A stretch of DNA of 62,321 nt, the filler included. It is 3 parts of 3 records of this genome, joined end to end, with 100 filler letters (N's around TTAATTAATTAA, not from the genome) between each part and the next. Parts side by side here need not be neighbours in the genome. Positions count along the whole stretch, not along the records: positions 32,660 to 62,321 come from SRR31156797_7506; 2 more parts are not named here. One strand, written 5' to 3'. Shown piece by piece: positions 37,194 through 48,489 of this stretch. Positions within the stretch are counted from its first letter, which is position 1. Each line of letters starts with the position of its first letter. Position numbers and translations under genes: made by a program. The notes below the pieces were generated by a model. The model ran no database searches and was not told the origin of the DNA. It saw nothing but the letters and a program-made list of their open reading frames with translations.

Positions 37194-40100
37194 TTACTGC
37201 AACCCAAGCTCAACACGCGGTCCTGTTCCCTTTCCAGTGGCTGACATCCCTTTGAGAAAAACCCGTTCGGGAGCGATGCCGGACTGTTCAACCAAGAAGG
37301 TACGCACCATTTCAGACCTGCGCCGTGCGAGATCAGCAAGCTGCGTATCGGTAATTTTGATGTGATCTCGCAAGGCCTTTTCCATATCCGGCACGGGCTG
37401 TGCTACTACAATACCGAGAAAGTTGGTCGGCCTTTCAAAGGTCGCATCCTTGTATGCGGTTTCCAGATATTCAGGATACTCTTCCTCGGTCACCACTACT
37501 TCCTCAACAGTCTTGGGCGCATTTTCATCGCCTTCAAGTTCTAAGAACTTGGGCATAGCAACCTGCCTGCGGAATTCGGTCTCTTCCATGGCCGGGATAT
37601 CCTCGGGGGCGGTAAAACCGCTGATCTCCAGCTTAAGACCCGGACGATCCTGCATGGCCTTGGCAACAGAATTAATCTTGGCCTGTTCACCTTCCTTAAA
37701 GCCTGCCTTTCCAGCTTCAAAGGCCATGACATCCATATCCTCACCTCCACCCACCAACGCACCGATAAGAGCGAAGGGCGAAGTAACCGCCTTAACCAGC
37801 AGATTGACAATGGCCCGGGCTATAACTTTACCCAGCTTGAACTGCGGATCAGAAAGGTCACCCTCTACAGGGATATCCAGCCGGATATTACCACTGCTGT
37901 CCTTGAGCAAAGCCAAGCCAAGCCCGATAGGAATGTTCGGCGCGTCGGGGTTGTCCACCTTGTCTCCGACCTCAAACTGATAAATGTCAAAAACATTATC
38001 CACAGCAATGAACTTGCCACGCAATTTCACCCCAACATCAGAACTAAGCATGCCGGTACTGACCGGATAGGCGATGAACTTCTCGGTGTAGGGGGAAAGC
38101 TGGGTCATATCCAGATTGGCAAGGGAAACATTGATGTCGGTATCCGCACCTTCGAGGGTCGGTTGCAAAAATCCTTCAGCCACCAGCGGGGACTGGCTAT
38201 CAAGGGTAGCATTGAACGAAATATCCGTACGTTCACCATGGGGCAACTCAAGGCCGCGCACAGCTGAACGCATCTTGGTGATATCCAGTTCAAAGGCCGG
38301 AGAGACTGCATAGTCCTTAAAAGTCACCGTGCCATTACTCATGAAAATTTTATCTATGAAGACGTTGTTTTCTTTCTTTTCTTCTGCACTGGGAGCTTTA
38401 AGTTCGGCAACTCCGTCAGCCGGGGCAGTGCCTTCCACCTGCGCAACTTCAGCCTTTTCCGCTGCAAGTTCGGCCTGTTCTTCCACTGCCTCTTCATCCA
38501 CAGGATCAGCCCTTTTGCCGGTCAGCATGCGCGCAAGGTTGAATGTACCGTCAGCTTCGCGTTCAAGATTAGCCTGCGGGGCCAGCACGGCAATAGAACC
38601 GACTTTGACCTTAAGCGGCGCGGAACGGAAATCGATTTCGCGCACGGCCAGATCATCCAGATGGAAAAATTGTTTGTTACCCTGATTGTCACGTACAAGC
38701 AGATCCTTGAGCTGTACCTTGCCTGTGTATCCGGCAACAGGCTCATTTGCCGCGGAAAAATCCCAATTGCCGCGCACATCTATATGTCCGCGGGCAATAT
38801 TCATCTGCATCTGGGGAGGCAGGTAGCCGTTAAAATCACGCAAACGCAACTTACGGACCTGCACGCTTCCCTTTCCTGTGAGTGATTGCGGTCCGGCCTG
38901 CCCGTTAATCTTGATGGAACCACGCTTGTTGATAAGTGCAGAAAGAGCCAGCTTGAGGGGACTTTTTTCCGGATAGGTCAGCCCATTAACCCCGATTTTG
39001 ATGTCACTGATGCTGGTGACCGTCTTCTTAGTGACTGCCCGGTCAGTAAATTCAAAACCGGAATCCGCAAGCTGAAATCTGTTCAGGGCCACCTTCCAAG
39101 GCTCACCGTCTGCATCGGCAGGCTCTGCGGACTCGTCCTCTTCCGCTGGAACACCAACATTCTTGGCTTTGGCATTTTTCTGATGCTGTTCAATCTGCTT
39201 GAGGAGATCAATGCCCTTTTTATCGCGCATAAGCCGAATCAGGAGCTTGTTAAGATCAATAGAGTCAATAACAACGGATTTCTCGTTTACATCCACAGTG
39301 CCGTTGCTCATGGCAAATCCACCAAGCCCGATCAAGGTTTTACCGCCGCCCTTGGGTTGCAGTTTCAGCCCGTCAACATTGACCCGGACATTTTCCAGCC
39401 GCACGGTTCCGTTCTGGGCACCGAACTGAAAATCACTACCCAGCCCGACCTTACCTTCGGCAACATCCAAAGGCAGGGGATCGTCCAGATAAACATGATA
39501 ATCAGGAATATCCAGATCCTCCAGAGCAACAGAACCATTCATCGCCAAGGGCACAACCGACAGCCCGCCCTGACCGCTGATAATCTCAGTAGCATTGGAA
39601 CCAATGCGGAAATCCCAGCTCCCGGCAGCATTTTCGGCTGTGCTGACATTACCGGCATGGACCATGATAGGTCCGATCTGCTTGTTGAAGCCCTTGCCGA
39701 AAGCATTGTCAGTGAAATCAACCAACCCGTTATTAAGCTTGAAATCCTTGATCAGTGCAGCCACGGCAGGACCGGTTTCAACTTCGGCACCGTCTTCGGT
39801 TTTCTTTGATTTTTCTCCGGCTTCTAAAGAGGGGGCAAGGTAATCAAGAAGATCCGGACTGCCGTCTTCCTTAAGACCAACCTTCAGGTAAGGATCTGTC
39901 AAACTGATGGAAGAAATCTTCAACATACGTCGAAGAATTCGAACCTCTTCTAAATCCACATCCAATTTTTTAAATTTGAGCAGAGAGGGGCCTTTTCTGA
40001 CTGCAAGATCAAAATTCGAAATATTAGCCTTACCGCTGATCAACACCCTCGGCAGCAACGAATCACTACGCTCAAAAGAAAGAACCAGCTCGGAACTCAA

Positions 40101-40877
40101 ACTACCGCTCTTCAGTTCAGTGGTTTCATAGATAGGCAGATAGGGCCAGTACTCGGCCAGCTGCGCATTCTTGAGGGAAAAGTCAAACACAGTCTTCAAA
40201 CTCTGATTGAAAGGCAAGGTATGCCCCTTCAAGGCAAAGGGAGTGTCATTGATTACCATATTAAGAGTTGGCTGAACCTGTTTCTCGTTATCCCTGGAGA
40301 GCGACGAAGTGAAAGGAACAAACAGATCAAGACCGGAAATTTCGTGACGCACATCACGGACCTTATCGTAAACCCGACAAGTTCCATTAGTTACGTCCAG
40401 ATCACGAATGATAAAAGGGAAAAGACTTTTTTCATCTTCCGCCCCCTCGGGCTGTTCTTCAACATCCCCTTCCGGGATAAGGTCGGAAATACTGCTCCCG
40501 CCCCGAAAAATGGAAAGATCAATCTGCGGGTCCACAATTCCGATATGATCCAGAATCAAGGACAACCGGAACAAAGAAAATGAATCGATATTGAGGTCAA
40601 AGGATTTGAAAGCAAAGAGATTTCCTTCACCATCCTTTTTACCGATCGCAAAACCGTGAACTGTCAGATGCAAGGTGTAGGGGTTCAAATCAACCCGCTC
40701 AATACGCACCTCCCTGTTCAACGCAGGGGGAAGTTTTGAAAGTGCGACCTTCTTGATGGTGAATGGGATGAGGAAAAAACCGATAAGAGTATAAAAAATG
40801 AGCAGTCCGGCAACTATCACCCCGGCCTTGGCCGGACGATTCAACCTGTTCCAATGCGTGCGTATTTTTTTGAACAT
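37194..40877 (-). CDS. DUF748-repeat protein (AsmA-like clan) with C-terminal OmpA-like region
   Basis: N-terminal TM anchor, LNPYTL, repeated beta-rich modules, LALLKDSSGNIRLDIPVEGDLSDPQF, RPGLKLEISG, PRVEL. Confidence 0.85.
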   Translation of the reverse strand: MFKKIRTHWNRLNRPAKAGVIVAGLLIFYTLIGFFLIPFTIKKVALSKLPPALNREVRIERVDLNPYTLHLTVHGFAIGKKDGEGNLFAFKSFDLNIDSFSLFRLSLILDHIGIVDPQIDLSIFRGGSSISDLIPEGDVEEQPEGAEDEKSLFPFIIRDLDVTNGTCRVYDKVRDVRHEISGLDLFVPFTSSLSRDNEKQVQPTLNMVINDTPFALKGHTLPFNQSLKTVFDFSLKNAQLAEYWPYLPIYETTELKSGSLSSELVLSFERSDSLLPRVLISGKANISNFDLAVRKGPSLLKFKKLDVDLEEVRILRRMLKISSISLTDPYLKVGLKEDGSPDLLDYLAPSLEAGEKSKKTEDGAEVETGPAVAALIKDFKLNNGLVDFTDNAFGKGFNKQIGPIMVHAGNVSTAENAAGSWDFRIGSNATEIISGQGGLSVVPLAMNGSVALEDLDIPDYHVYLDDPLPLDVAEGKVGLGSDFQFGAQNGTVRLENVRVNVDGLKLQPKGGGKTLIGLGGFAMSNGTVDVNEKSVVIDSIDLNKLLIRLMRDKKGIDLLKQIEQHQKNAKAKNVGVPAEEDESAEPADADGEPWKVALNRFQLADSGFEFTDRAVTKKTVTSISDIKIGVNGLTYPEKSPLKLALSALINKRGSIKINGQAGPQSLTGKGSVQVRKLRLRDFNGYLPPQMQMNIARGHIDVRGNWDFSAANEPVAGYTGKVQLKDLLVRDNQGNKQFFHLDDLAVREIDFRSAPLKVKVGSIAVLAPQANLEREADGTFNLARMLTGKRADPVDEEAVEEQAELAAEKAEVAQVEGTAPADGVAELKAPSAEEKKENNVFIDKIFMSNGTVTFKDYAVSPAFELDITKMRSAVRGLELPHGERTDISFNATLDSQSPLVAEGFLQPTLEGADTDINVSLANLDMTQLSPYTEKFIAYPVSTGMLSSDVGVKLRGKFIAVDNVFDIYQFEVGDKVDNPDAPNIPIGLGLALLKDSSGNIRLDIPVEGDLSDPQFKLGKVIARAIVNLLVKAVTSPFALIGALVGGGEDMDVMAFEAGKAGFKEGEQAKINSVAKAMQDRPGLKLEISGFTAPEDIPAMEETEFRRQVAMPKFLELEGDENAPKTVEEVVVTEEEYPEYLETAYKDATFERPTNFLGIVVAQPVPDMEKALRDHIKITDTQLADLARRRSEMVRTFLVEQSGIAPERVFLKGMSATGKGTGPRVELGLQ

Positions 40878-41038
40878 CTGATTATAGGACCTCCGCTATA
40901 GCTCCGATCTAACTTTTATACATCATAATGGTTCGAAAAGACAGTTTCATATCAAATGTAACACTCTGCAATCATAGTGTTGAACAAATGGTTGGCGACT
41001 GGTACGTTAAGCCCGGAAACGGGAGGAAAATATTTCTA

Positions 41039-41647
41039 ATGAAAGCAGAAACATCAATGATAAAAAAAACTCAGCAAACACATAGACTCTCCAAACGCTG
41101 GAGAGCGCTGCTCCTATGGCTGGGCATTTTCACCCTTCTCCTCCCGGTTGATGCACAGGCCAGCTCCCTGCAGCTCAAAAACATGGTCTTAGATAATCAG
41201 GCCGGTTCCATCATGGCCCGATTTGGAATTGAGCTTGCTGCCGATACACAGGTGGAAGATGCCCTGCAAAACGGCATAAAGCTCAAACTTGTTTGTGAGG
41301 CCTCCCTTTATGAGCACAAAAATATCTGGCTGGATTCAAAAGTCGCAAGCAAAACATACAGCAGCAAGCTATATTTCGACTCCCTCTCCAACCAGTTTGT
41401 GCTGGAAAAACCCGGAGCTAAAATCTTTAAGCACAAAAGTCTGTCCATCCTTTTACGCGAAGAATGGAAAAGTTTTATCCTTGATTTAGGGCCATGGTCC
41501 ACCCTCAAGCGGGGTGAACGATACAACCTGCGCCTGAAGGTACGCCTCGACCGCACAGAAGTTCCGGCATGGCTTAAAAACACCCTCTTTTTCTGGTCTT
41601 GGGACATAATCCCTGCCGCCACCTACCAGCTGGATTTCACCTACTGA
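41039..41647 (+). CDS. DUF4390-like periplasmic protein (start uncertain, 41039 or 41057)
   Basis: Signal/TM segment, EDALQNGI, KLYFDSLSNQF, VRLDRTEVPAWL; directly upstream of an NtrY-like kinase. Confidence 0.75.
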   Translation: MKAETSMIKKTQQTHRLSKRWRALLLWLGIFTLLLPVDAQASSLQLKNMVLDNQAGSIMARFGIELAADTQVEDALQNGIKLKLVCEASLYEHKNIWLDSKVASKTYSSKLYFDSLSNQFVLEKPGAKIFKHKSLSILLREEWKSFILDLGPWSTLKRGERYNLRLKVRLDRTEVPAWLKNTLFFWSWDIIPAATYQLDFTY

Positions 41648-41660
41648 TTTCAGGGCCAAC

Positions 41661-43853
41661 ATGACCGAGCAAAACATCAAAATAAGTGTACCCGACACCA
41701 AGGAACGCAAACGCAGACAGCGGGAATATTACATTGCCTTTTTCTGCCTGCTGGTTTTCGTGGCACTGGGCTTTGTTCAGCTCAAATATATCGGGGTGAA
41801 CTCCTACCTTTTCGTAGGCCTGTTTAACCTGAACTTCATCCTGCTGCTCATTGTCCTGTTCATCGTGGTCCGCAACGGGGTTAAACTACTATTAGAGCGA
41901 AGGCGCAGGGTGCTCGGTTCCAAGCTGCGAACGCGCATGGTCCTCTCCTTCATGTCCCTTTCCCTTGTGCCGACCCTGCTCATGTTTTTTATGGCCATGC
42001 AGTTCGTACAAATTTCCGTGGATTACTGGTTCAAAAATCAGGTTGAAGAGTCCATGGTTCAATCCCTTGAACTGGGAAGGGCATTTTACGCCTCAGCACA
42101 GGAAGGTCTGGAGCGACGCGGGGAAAATATCCTCGGAACCATTAAGGAAAGCCGCTACGCATGGGGCGGTAAATCCATGAAAAAATTTCTCGGCAAAAAA
42201 CTGGGCGAATATGACCTCGGCTTACTGGGGGTTGTGCGCCCGGACCGCAAGAAGATCAACTGGTATTCCCAAGGTTCATGGGACAAAGCATGGTCCGAGA
42301 TCAACGCCAAGGTCGACTGGGAGGACATGAAGAAAAATCCACGTTTCTGGTCCACTATTCATCCCATGCCCGGTAACGACATGGTTATCGGAATCCTACC
42401 CGTTGACGAAGGTAAAACCGGATTTCTGATCATCGGGGAAAATATCGGACAGGGACTGCTCTATAAGCTAGACCGGGTCGTACGCGGACTTGATGAATAC
42501 AAGCAGCTCAAGACCCTTAAATATCCGCTCAAAATGAGTCTTTACCTGACTCTGGGTGTCACCACCCTGCTGATTATCCTCGGTTCCATCTGGTTCGGAT
42601 TCAGGCTTTCCAAGGAGCTTTCCGCACCTATTCAGGCACTGGCTGCCGGATCACAACGCATTGCCCGGGGAGACCTTTCCGTACGTCTTGAAGACCGTTC
42701 AGATGATGAATTGGGCTTCATGGTCCAATCCTTCAACCGTATGGCCGAAGACCTTGAAGACAGCCAGAAAAGCCTTAAAACCGCCAACGACAGACTAGCT
42801 CAACAGAACCAAGAACTGGAACGCAGGGGCCGCTATATGGAAGCGGTACTCAACAATATCACCGCCGGGGTTATCTCCCTGAACGAAGAAGGGAAAATCA
42901 GCACCGTTAACTCGGCCATTGAAGAAATGCTGGGCATTGAAGCCCGTTTTGTACACGGCAGAGATCCGTTGGCCCTGCTTCCCGAGGGAGATCTGGCCTC
43001 ACTTATTGCCGAAGCCCGCTCCCACATGGCTACCAGCCCCTTCTCGCAATGGCAGAGACAGCTTTCCCTCACCGTGGAAGGCAGGCACAGAAAATTTCTA
43101 GTCAACGTTGTGGCCCTCAAGGCAGGAGATTCCAGCACCGGTATCGTGGCCGTGTTCGAAGACATTACCGAGCTGGAAAAAATGCAGCGCATTGCGGCAT
43201 GGCGCGAAGTTGCCAGACGCATCGCCCATGAAATCAAGAACCCGCTCACGCCCATCAAACTCTCGGCCCAGCGGCTACAACGCAAATTCGGACCGGAGAT
43301 CGAAGATAATGTTTTCCGGGAGTCCACAGACCTAATCATTTCCCAAGTTGAACATCTGCAACAAATGGTTCAGGAATTCTCTGCCTACGCCAAACTACCC
43401 GAGGTGCGACTCAAACCGGACAATATAGCTCCTCTGCTGGAAGAAGTGGTCAGCCTGTACCGCAACAGCCATAGCAATATTGAATGGTCCTTGACTTATG
43501 AAGGCGAACTGCCGCAATTGGAACTGGACCGCGAAGCCATGCGCCGTACCCTGATTAATCTGCTGACCAATGCTGCGGAAGCTTTGGACAACTGCGAATC
43601 CCCGGCAGTATCCATCACTGCCATGCATGATGCCACCCTTGGCTGGCTACGGGTCGAAGTTCAGGATAACGGCCCCGGACTTTCTGCCGATGAACGCTCC
43701 AGAATGTTCGAACCATACTTTTCCAGCAAAAAAAGCGGAACCGGACTGGGGCTGACCATCGTCAAATCCATTGTCACCGACCATCGTGGATTTATCAGGG
43801 TCAAACCTGCCGAACCCCATGGAACCATATTCGTGCTGGAACTGCCTACTTGA
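41661..43853 (+). CDS. ntrY: NtrY-like membrane sensor histidine kinase
   Basis: 3 N-terminal TM, GSKLRTRM, HAMP, PAS, AWREVARRIAHEIKNPLTPIKLSAQRL. Confidence 0.88.
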   Translation: MTEQNIKISVPDTKERKRRQREYYIAFFCLLVFVALGFVQLKYIGVNSYLFVGLFNLNFILLLIVLFIVVRNGVKLLLERRRRVLGSKLRTRMVLSFMSLSLVPTLLMFFMAMQFVQISVDYWFKNQVEESMVQSLELGRAFYASAQEGLERRGENILGTIKESRYAWGGKSMKKFLGKKLGEYDLGLLGVVRPDRKKINWYSQGSWDKAWSEINAKVDWEDMKKNPRFWSTIHPMPGNDMVIGILPVDEGKTGFLIIGENIGQGLLYKLDRVVRGLDEYKQLKTLKYPLKMSLYLTLGVTTLLIILGSIWFGFRLSKELSAPIQALAAGSQRIARGDLSVRLEDRSDDELGFMVQSFNRMAEDLEDSQKSLKTANDRLAQQNQELERRGRYMEAVLNNITAGVISLNEEGKISTVNSAIEEMLGIEARFVHGRDPLALLPEGDLASLIAEARSHMATSPFSQWQRQLSLTVEGRHRKFLVNVVALKAGDSSTGIVAVFEDITELEKMQRIAAWREVARRIAHEIKNPLTPIKLSAQRLQRKFGPEIEDNVFRESTDLIISQVEHLQQMVQEFSAYAKLPEVRLKPDNIAPLLEEVVSLYRNSHSNIEWSLTYEGELPQLELDREAMRRTLINLLTNAAEALDNCESPAVSITAMHDATLGWLRVEVQDNGPGLSADERSRMFEPYFSSKKSGTGLGLTIVKSIVTDHRGFIRVKPAEPHGTIFVLELPT

Positions 43854-43957
43854 TATATTTTCCCTTATGCTTGCCTGATACTTATAATATCGTTTAATAT
43901 AGTACAGTGTCTCAAAAAAACAACTCGCTTTGGTAAACAGTAACAAGTGGGATTTAC

Positions 43958-45355
43958 ATGATTTCATACTCAGATAAGAATGCCGAGAACAAGCTTCCGC
44001 CCCGCATAGTGGTCGTAGAAGACGAAGCCATAGTCTCTCTGGACATACAGGGACGACTCAAAGCCCTTGGCTACGATATTGCCGGAATAGCCACTTCCGG
44101 TGAGCAGGCCTTGAATCTTGTAGAGGAAAATTCCCCGGATCTGATCCTCATGGACATCATGATTGAAGGAGACATGGACGGCATAGACACTGCCGCGATT
44201 ATTAACAAAGACCATAACATTCCAATCATTTACCTCACCGCTTATGCAGACAATGACACTTTAAAACGGGCAAAAATAACCGAGCCGTTTGGATACATAA
44301 TTAAACCATTTGAAGATCGGGAACTTAACCTGACTATTGAAATGGCCCTCTACAAACACCATGCGGAAAGCACTCTCAATGAAAATCGCCGCTGGCTGAA
44401 AACAACCTTCGACAGCATTGACGACGCAGTCATCACCACCGACCATCATGGCCGAATCAAATCTATGAATAAAGCCGCATGTTCACTTATGGACAGTGAC
44501 ATTGATTGCATGTTCGGACGCAATCTTCAGGAAGCTATTGATATTTTTGAAAGCGGGACAATGGAATCCATCAAACTATTTTCCAACAATGACTCCATTA
44601 TCGGCAATGTTGTTCTCAAAAGTAAGCAAGGGACAATCCCGGTATCTGTCAATATTTCAGGAATTTCAGACAATGATGATGTCATGGGTAAGGTCGTGGT
44701 GCTACGCGATATTTCTAAACTGAAAAAAAGTGAAGATGCCTTAAAAAAAAGCCTTAGCCAGCTACGACGAACTTTTGATGAAACAGTTGCTTCCCTGACT
44801 GCCATGTCCGAGAAACGTGACCCTTACACCTCAGGACACCAACAGCGCGTAGCAGAGCTAGCCTGCCGTATAGCGGTAAAAATGCGACTCTCAGCCGAAG
44901 AGATAAACTGCATCAGGATTGCGGGGATTCTACACGATGTCGGAAAAATCTCCATTCCGGCAGAAATCCTTTCCAAGCCGACCCGGTTGACTGATCTTGA
45001 AATGAACCTGATGAAAACCCATAGTGAAGCTGGCTATGAAATCCTGAAGGGCATTTCCTTTCCGTGGCCCGTGGCCCAGATAGTTATCCAGCACCATGAA
45101 CGTATTGACGGAAGCGGCTATCCCAACGGACTAAACGGGGACAACATCCTTCGGGAAGCCCGGATTATTGCAGTAGCCGATGTGGTTGAAGCCATGAGCT
45201 CTCACCGACCTTACCGTGCAGCTCTTGGGCTGCCCAAAGCCATGGCTGAAATTGCACGAGGAAGGGGAACAGCGTATGATCCCGAAGCTGTGGATGCCTG
45301 CACCCAATTAATAGAAGAAGACAATTTTTCCTTTGAAACACGTACGGAACTATAG
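43958..45355 (+). CDS. REC-PAS-HD-GYP cyclic di-GMP phosphodiesterase
   Basis: [13 protein letters not shown] receiver, [26 protein letters not shown]. Confidence 0.92.
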   Translation: MISYSDKNAENKLPPRIVVVEDEAIVSLDIQGRLKALGYDIAGIATSGEQALNLVEENSPDLILMDIMIEGDMDGIDTAAIINKDHNIPIIYLTAYADNDTLKRAKITEPFGYIIKPFEDRELNLTIEMALYKHHAESTLNENRRWLKTTFDSIDDAVITTDHHGRIKSMNKAACSLMDSDIDCMFGRNLQEAIDIFESGTMESIKLFSNNDSIIGNVVLKSKQGTIPVSVNISGISDNDDVMGKVVVLRDISKLKKSEDALKKSLSQLRRTFDETVASLTAMSEKRDPYTSGHQQRVAELACRIAVKMRLSAEEINCIRIAGILHDVGKISIPAEILSKPTRLTDLEMNLMKTHSEAGYEILKGISFPWPVAQIVIQHHERIDGSGYPNGLNGDNILREARIIAVADVVEAMSSHRPYRAALGLPKAMAEIARGRGTAYDPEAVDACTQLIEEDNFSFETRTEL

Positions 45356-46747
45356 ATGAGTAAAAATATACTGATTGTAGATGACGAAGACGGCATCAGA
45401 TATTCCCTCCGCGGAATACTTGAAGATGAAGGTTTTAATGTAAGCGATGCCGAATCAGGCGAAAAAGCCCTTGAATATCTCGGTGATGAGCAGCCCGACC
45501 TAGTATTCCTAGATATCTGGCTGCCGGGCATGGACGGTCTTGAGGTCCTTGACCGCATCAAAAAGGAATGGGACTGGCTGCCCGTGGTCATGATCTCCGG
45601 CCACGGCAATATTGAAACCGCAGTTTCCGCCATCAAGAAGGGAGCCTTTGACTTCATCGAAAAACCGCTTTCCCTTGAAAAGGTGGTCATTACCGCGGAA
45701 AAAGCAGTGGAATTCTCACGGCTGCAATCAGAAAACAGAGCCCTGCGAACCCGCATTGCTGCGGAGCAACCCGCAAGATTGACGGGACAATCTGAAGCCA
45801 TTGATTCCATGCGTGAAGTAATCGGGCAGGTAGCCCCCACTGACGCGTGGGTACTTATAACCGGGGAAAACGGTACCGGTAAGGAAATTGTAGCCCGCTC
45901 CATACATTCCCAGAGCCAAAGGGCGGACAAACCACTTGTAGCCGTAAACTGTGCAGCCATCCCTGAAGAATTGATTGAATCGGAACTCTTCGGCCATGAA
46001 AAAGGTGCATTCACCGGGGCGGAAAAAGCTCAGGAAGGTAAATTTGAACTGGCCGACAACGGCACCCTCTTCCTTGATGAAATCGGGGACATGAGCCTGA
46101 AAACACAGGCCAAAATCCTGAGAATCCTCCAAGAACAACGTTTTGAACGGGTCGGAGGCAGAAAAACCATCAATGTCGATGTGCGCGTAATAGCTGCTAC
46201 CAACAAGGATCTGTTTCAGGAAATCAAAAACGGTAATTTTCGTGAAGACCTTTACTACAGATTGAAGGTTTTTCCGCTGGAAGTACCGCCCCTGCGCGAC
46301 CGGGCCAAAGACATCCCCCTGTTAATCAATGAATTTATTACCAGCCTGAACCGCCAGCACGGATTCAAGCCGCTGGCCTTCACCGAGCCAGCTCTCAAAG
46401 AGCTGACCGGCTACTCATGGCCGGGAAATGTCCGCGAACTTAAAAACTTTGTAGAAAGAATGCTGATCATGTTCGGCGGCAAGGAGGTTGGGCCGGACAA
46501 ACTCCCCCCGGAAATCGCCAACGGTCCGCGCATTGAAAGAACTGAGACCGACCAGGAACAGCTGCCCTTGCCCCTGCCGGAAGGTGAGGTAGATTTCAAA
46601 AAAGCACGTGCTAATTTTGAAGCCCAGTTCCTTGAAGCAAAACTTCGCGAATACAAAGGGAACGTGTCAAAACTGGCCGAAGCCGTAGGACTGGAAAGAA
46701 GCTCTCTTTACCGCAAGCTCAAAGCCTATGAAATTCAGGTGGACTAG
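45356..46747 (+). CDS. ntrX: NtrX-like sigma54-interacting response regulator
   Basis: FLDIWLPG receiver, [21 protein letters not shown]-terminal HTH. Confidence 0.88.
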   Translation: MSKNILIVDDEDGIRYSLRGILEDEGFNVSDAESGEKALEYLGDEQPDLVFLDIWLPGMDGLEVLDRIKKEWDWLPVVMISGHGNIETAVSAIKKGAFDFIEKPLSLEKVVITAEKAVEFSRLQSENRALRTRIAAEQPARLTGQSEAIDSMREVIGQVAPTDAWVLITGENGTGKEIVARSIHSQSQRADKPLVAVNCAAIPEELIESELFGHEKGAFTGAEKAQEGKFELADNGTLFLDEIGDMSLKTQAKILRILQEQRFERVGGRKTINVDVRVIAATNKDLFQEIKNGNFREDLYYRLKVFPLEVPPLRDRAKDIPLLINEFITSLNRQHGFKPLAFTEPALKELTGYSWPGNVRELKNFVERMLIMFGGKEVGPDKLPPEIANGPRIERTETDQEQLPLPLPEGEVDFKKARANFEAQFLEAKLREYKGNVSKLAEAVGLERSSLYRKLKAYEIQVD

Positions 46748-48396
46748 CCAGCTTGATCTTCATCGCCGACTAACAGACAGCAGCTCTGTCCCTTTCTCTT
46801 GGCACGATACATGGCTGCATCGGCAACCCTGACCAGACCTTCACTGTCCGTTGCATGCAGGGGAAAAAGAGCTACCCCGGCACTGAAATCAATTACTATG
46901 CTCTTAATACTTAGCTGTACAGGAGCAGAAAACCGCCCATACACCTTGGAACAGACTTCCTTAAGCTGTTCCGGGGTGCCCACTTCAGGTAGGATCAAGG
47001 CAAATTCATCACCACCAAGACGGGCCACTGTATCCGATTTGCGCAAGCCTTCCACAAGCCTCTCTCCTACGCCAATCAACAGTTCGTCACCCGCGGCATG
47101 CCCCAATGTATCATTGATTTTCTTAAATCCGTTCAGGTCAAGGTACACAAGAGCAAAGCTGCGCCCGTAACGTTCGGAACTCTCGATAAGAGTCTCCAAC
47201 CTATCGAAAAACAGTTTCCGGTTGGGAAGCCCGGTTAAAGAATCATGCAAAGCAGTCTGAATCAACTGTTCCTGATAGAGGCGGCGCTTTGTAAGTGCTA
47301 CAGCGGTAACCCACGCCCCGATCACTACGATAATAAATAACACCCCCCCCAGCAAAGACATATTGGAAACCAGTTTGCTGGATCTTTCCTTTAAAAGAGT
47401 TTCAGGCAGATGGGATACAAGAATCCAGAAATAGCTTTCTGCACTGAGCTTCATCCTGCTCGGAAGATAAGGCCCGTCAGCCCCGGAACTAGAACGGAAC
47501 CCCTCCTTCAGAGGATGAATGGTTACAAAAGTGAACAAACCGTTAGCCGTGCAGAACTGTCCTTTCCTCTCTTTAAGCATGAGTTCCCATTCATTTGAGT
47601 ATTCATTGGCAAAAGAAATATTTTTCCGCTCTGGAAGCATGAACCCCCACTCACTCTCACGCTCAGGCCCTAAGAGCCAATACCCTTTTGAATTAACGAG
47701 CATTTTCACACTTTCAGCAACAGCATCAATACTTAAAATCCGATCCAACAAATCCTGAGCAAGATAGTTGAAAACCAAAACTCCGTCCTTATTGCCTTCG
47801 GAATCAAAAACCGGAGTCCCAAAACGAATCACCGGTTTAAAAGGTTTTTCCACATGTCCGCGTTCGACATTCAAATCAAGAGGGGAAATGAATATTTCTC
47901 GCTCTTCTAGGGGAAGGGTGTCAGCAAAATAGTAACGTTTGGATTTATCCTGCAACTTCTCATCAACAACAATCCACGGGTCCCCCTTATTGTAGTTAAC
48001 CCTGATTTTTTCCATACCGGAACTATCCAAGAATACGACATGATTGTACTTCTTCTTACAAAACAGAAAATTGTAGAATTCCTTCTCAACGTTACGCTTT
48101 TCCCCTGCATAATCAGAATTGCAAAAATCAATCAGTGGATATTGTCCGGCCAAAAAAAGCAGATCACTGACAAGAATATCAAAACTGTCCTTAATTACGT
48201 CTTCCTGCAGGTCAACAGAAGCCTGCTCCCTCATTTTCAACTGATCCAGATGAGTTTCCTGGTCCGCATAAAAGAAAAAAAACATCATTGCGACCACAAT
48301 ACTACCAGCCGCAATGAAAAGCTTCAAAAAGAGCTTCAAAACGTTCTTCTGCAAATGCTTAAATTCATTTTCAATCACAGTAGTCAACCTCACCAA
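46744..48396 (-). CDS. Cache-sensor diguanylate cyclase
   Basis: Two TM flanking a Cache-like domain, HDSLTGLPNR, RKSD I-site, RLGGDEF. Confidence 0.92.
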   Translation of the reverse strand: MVRLTTVIENEFKHLQKNVLKLFLKLFIAAGSIVVAMMFFFFYADQETHLDQLKMREQASVDLQEDVIKDSFDILVSDLLFLAGQYPLIDFCNSDYAGEKRNVEKEFYNFLFCKKKYNHVVFLDSSGMEKIRVNYNKGDPWIVVDEKLQDKSKRYYFADTLPLEEREIFISPLDLNVERGHVEKPFKPVIRFGTPVFDSEGNKDGVLVFNYLAQDLLDRILSIDAVAESVKMLVNSKGYWLLGPERESEWGFMLPERKNISFANEYSNEWELMLKERKGQFCTANGLFTFVTIHPLKEGFRSSSGADGPYLPSRMKLSAESYFWILVSHLPETLLKERSSKLVSNMSLLGGVLFIIVVIGAWVTAVALTKRRLYQEQLIQTALHDSLTGLPNRKLFFDRLETLIESSERYGRSFALVYLDLNGFKKINDTLGHAAGDELLIGVGERLVEGLRKSDTVARLGGDEFALILPEVGTPEQLKEVCSKVYGRFSAPVQLSIKSIVIDFSAGVALFPLHATDSEGLVRVADAAMYRAKRKGQSCCLLVGDEDQAG

Positions 48397-48422
48397 CGGT
48401 ATTGACTTCTCAGGAACAGAAC

Positions 48423-48466
48423 AAAAAAAGGCAACCTCGTAATATATTATAACACGAGATTGCCTT
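48423..48466 (-). terminator. Terminator after the CA-like gene
   Basis: AAGGCAAcCTCGT..ACGAGaTTGCCTT with an A-tract on the left. Confidence 0.65.
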
Positions 48467-48489
48467 GAATTAACACAAAAAAAAGAAGG

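Noticed and set aside
47343..47350. G8 tract in the diguanylate cyclase coding strand as a phase-variation site
   Set aside because: Short, encodes part of Leu-Gly-Gly-Val in a TM helix, and the frame is intact; no evidence of slippage.
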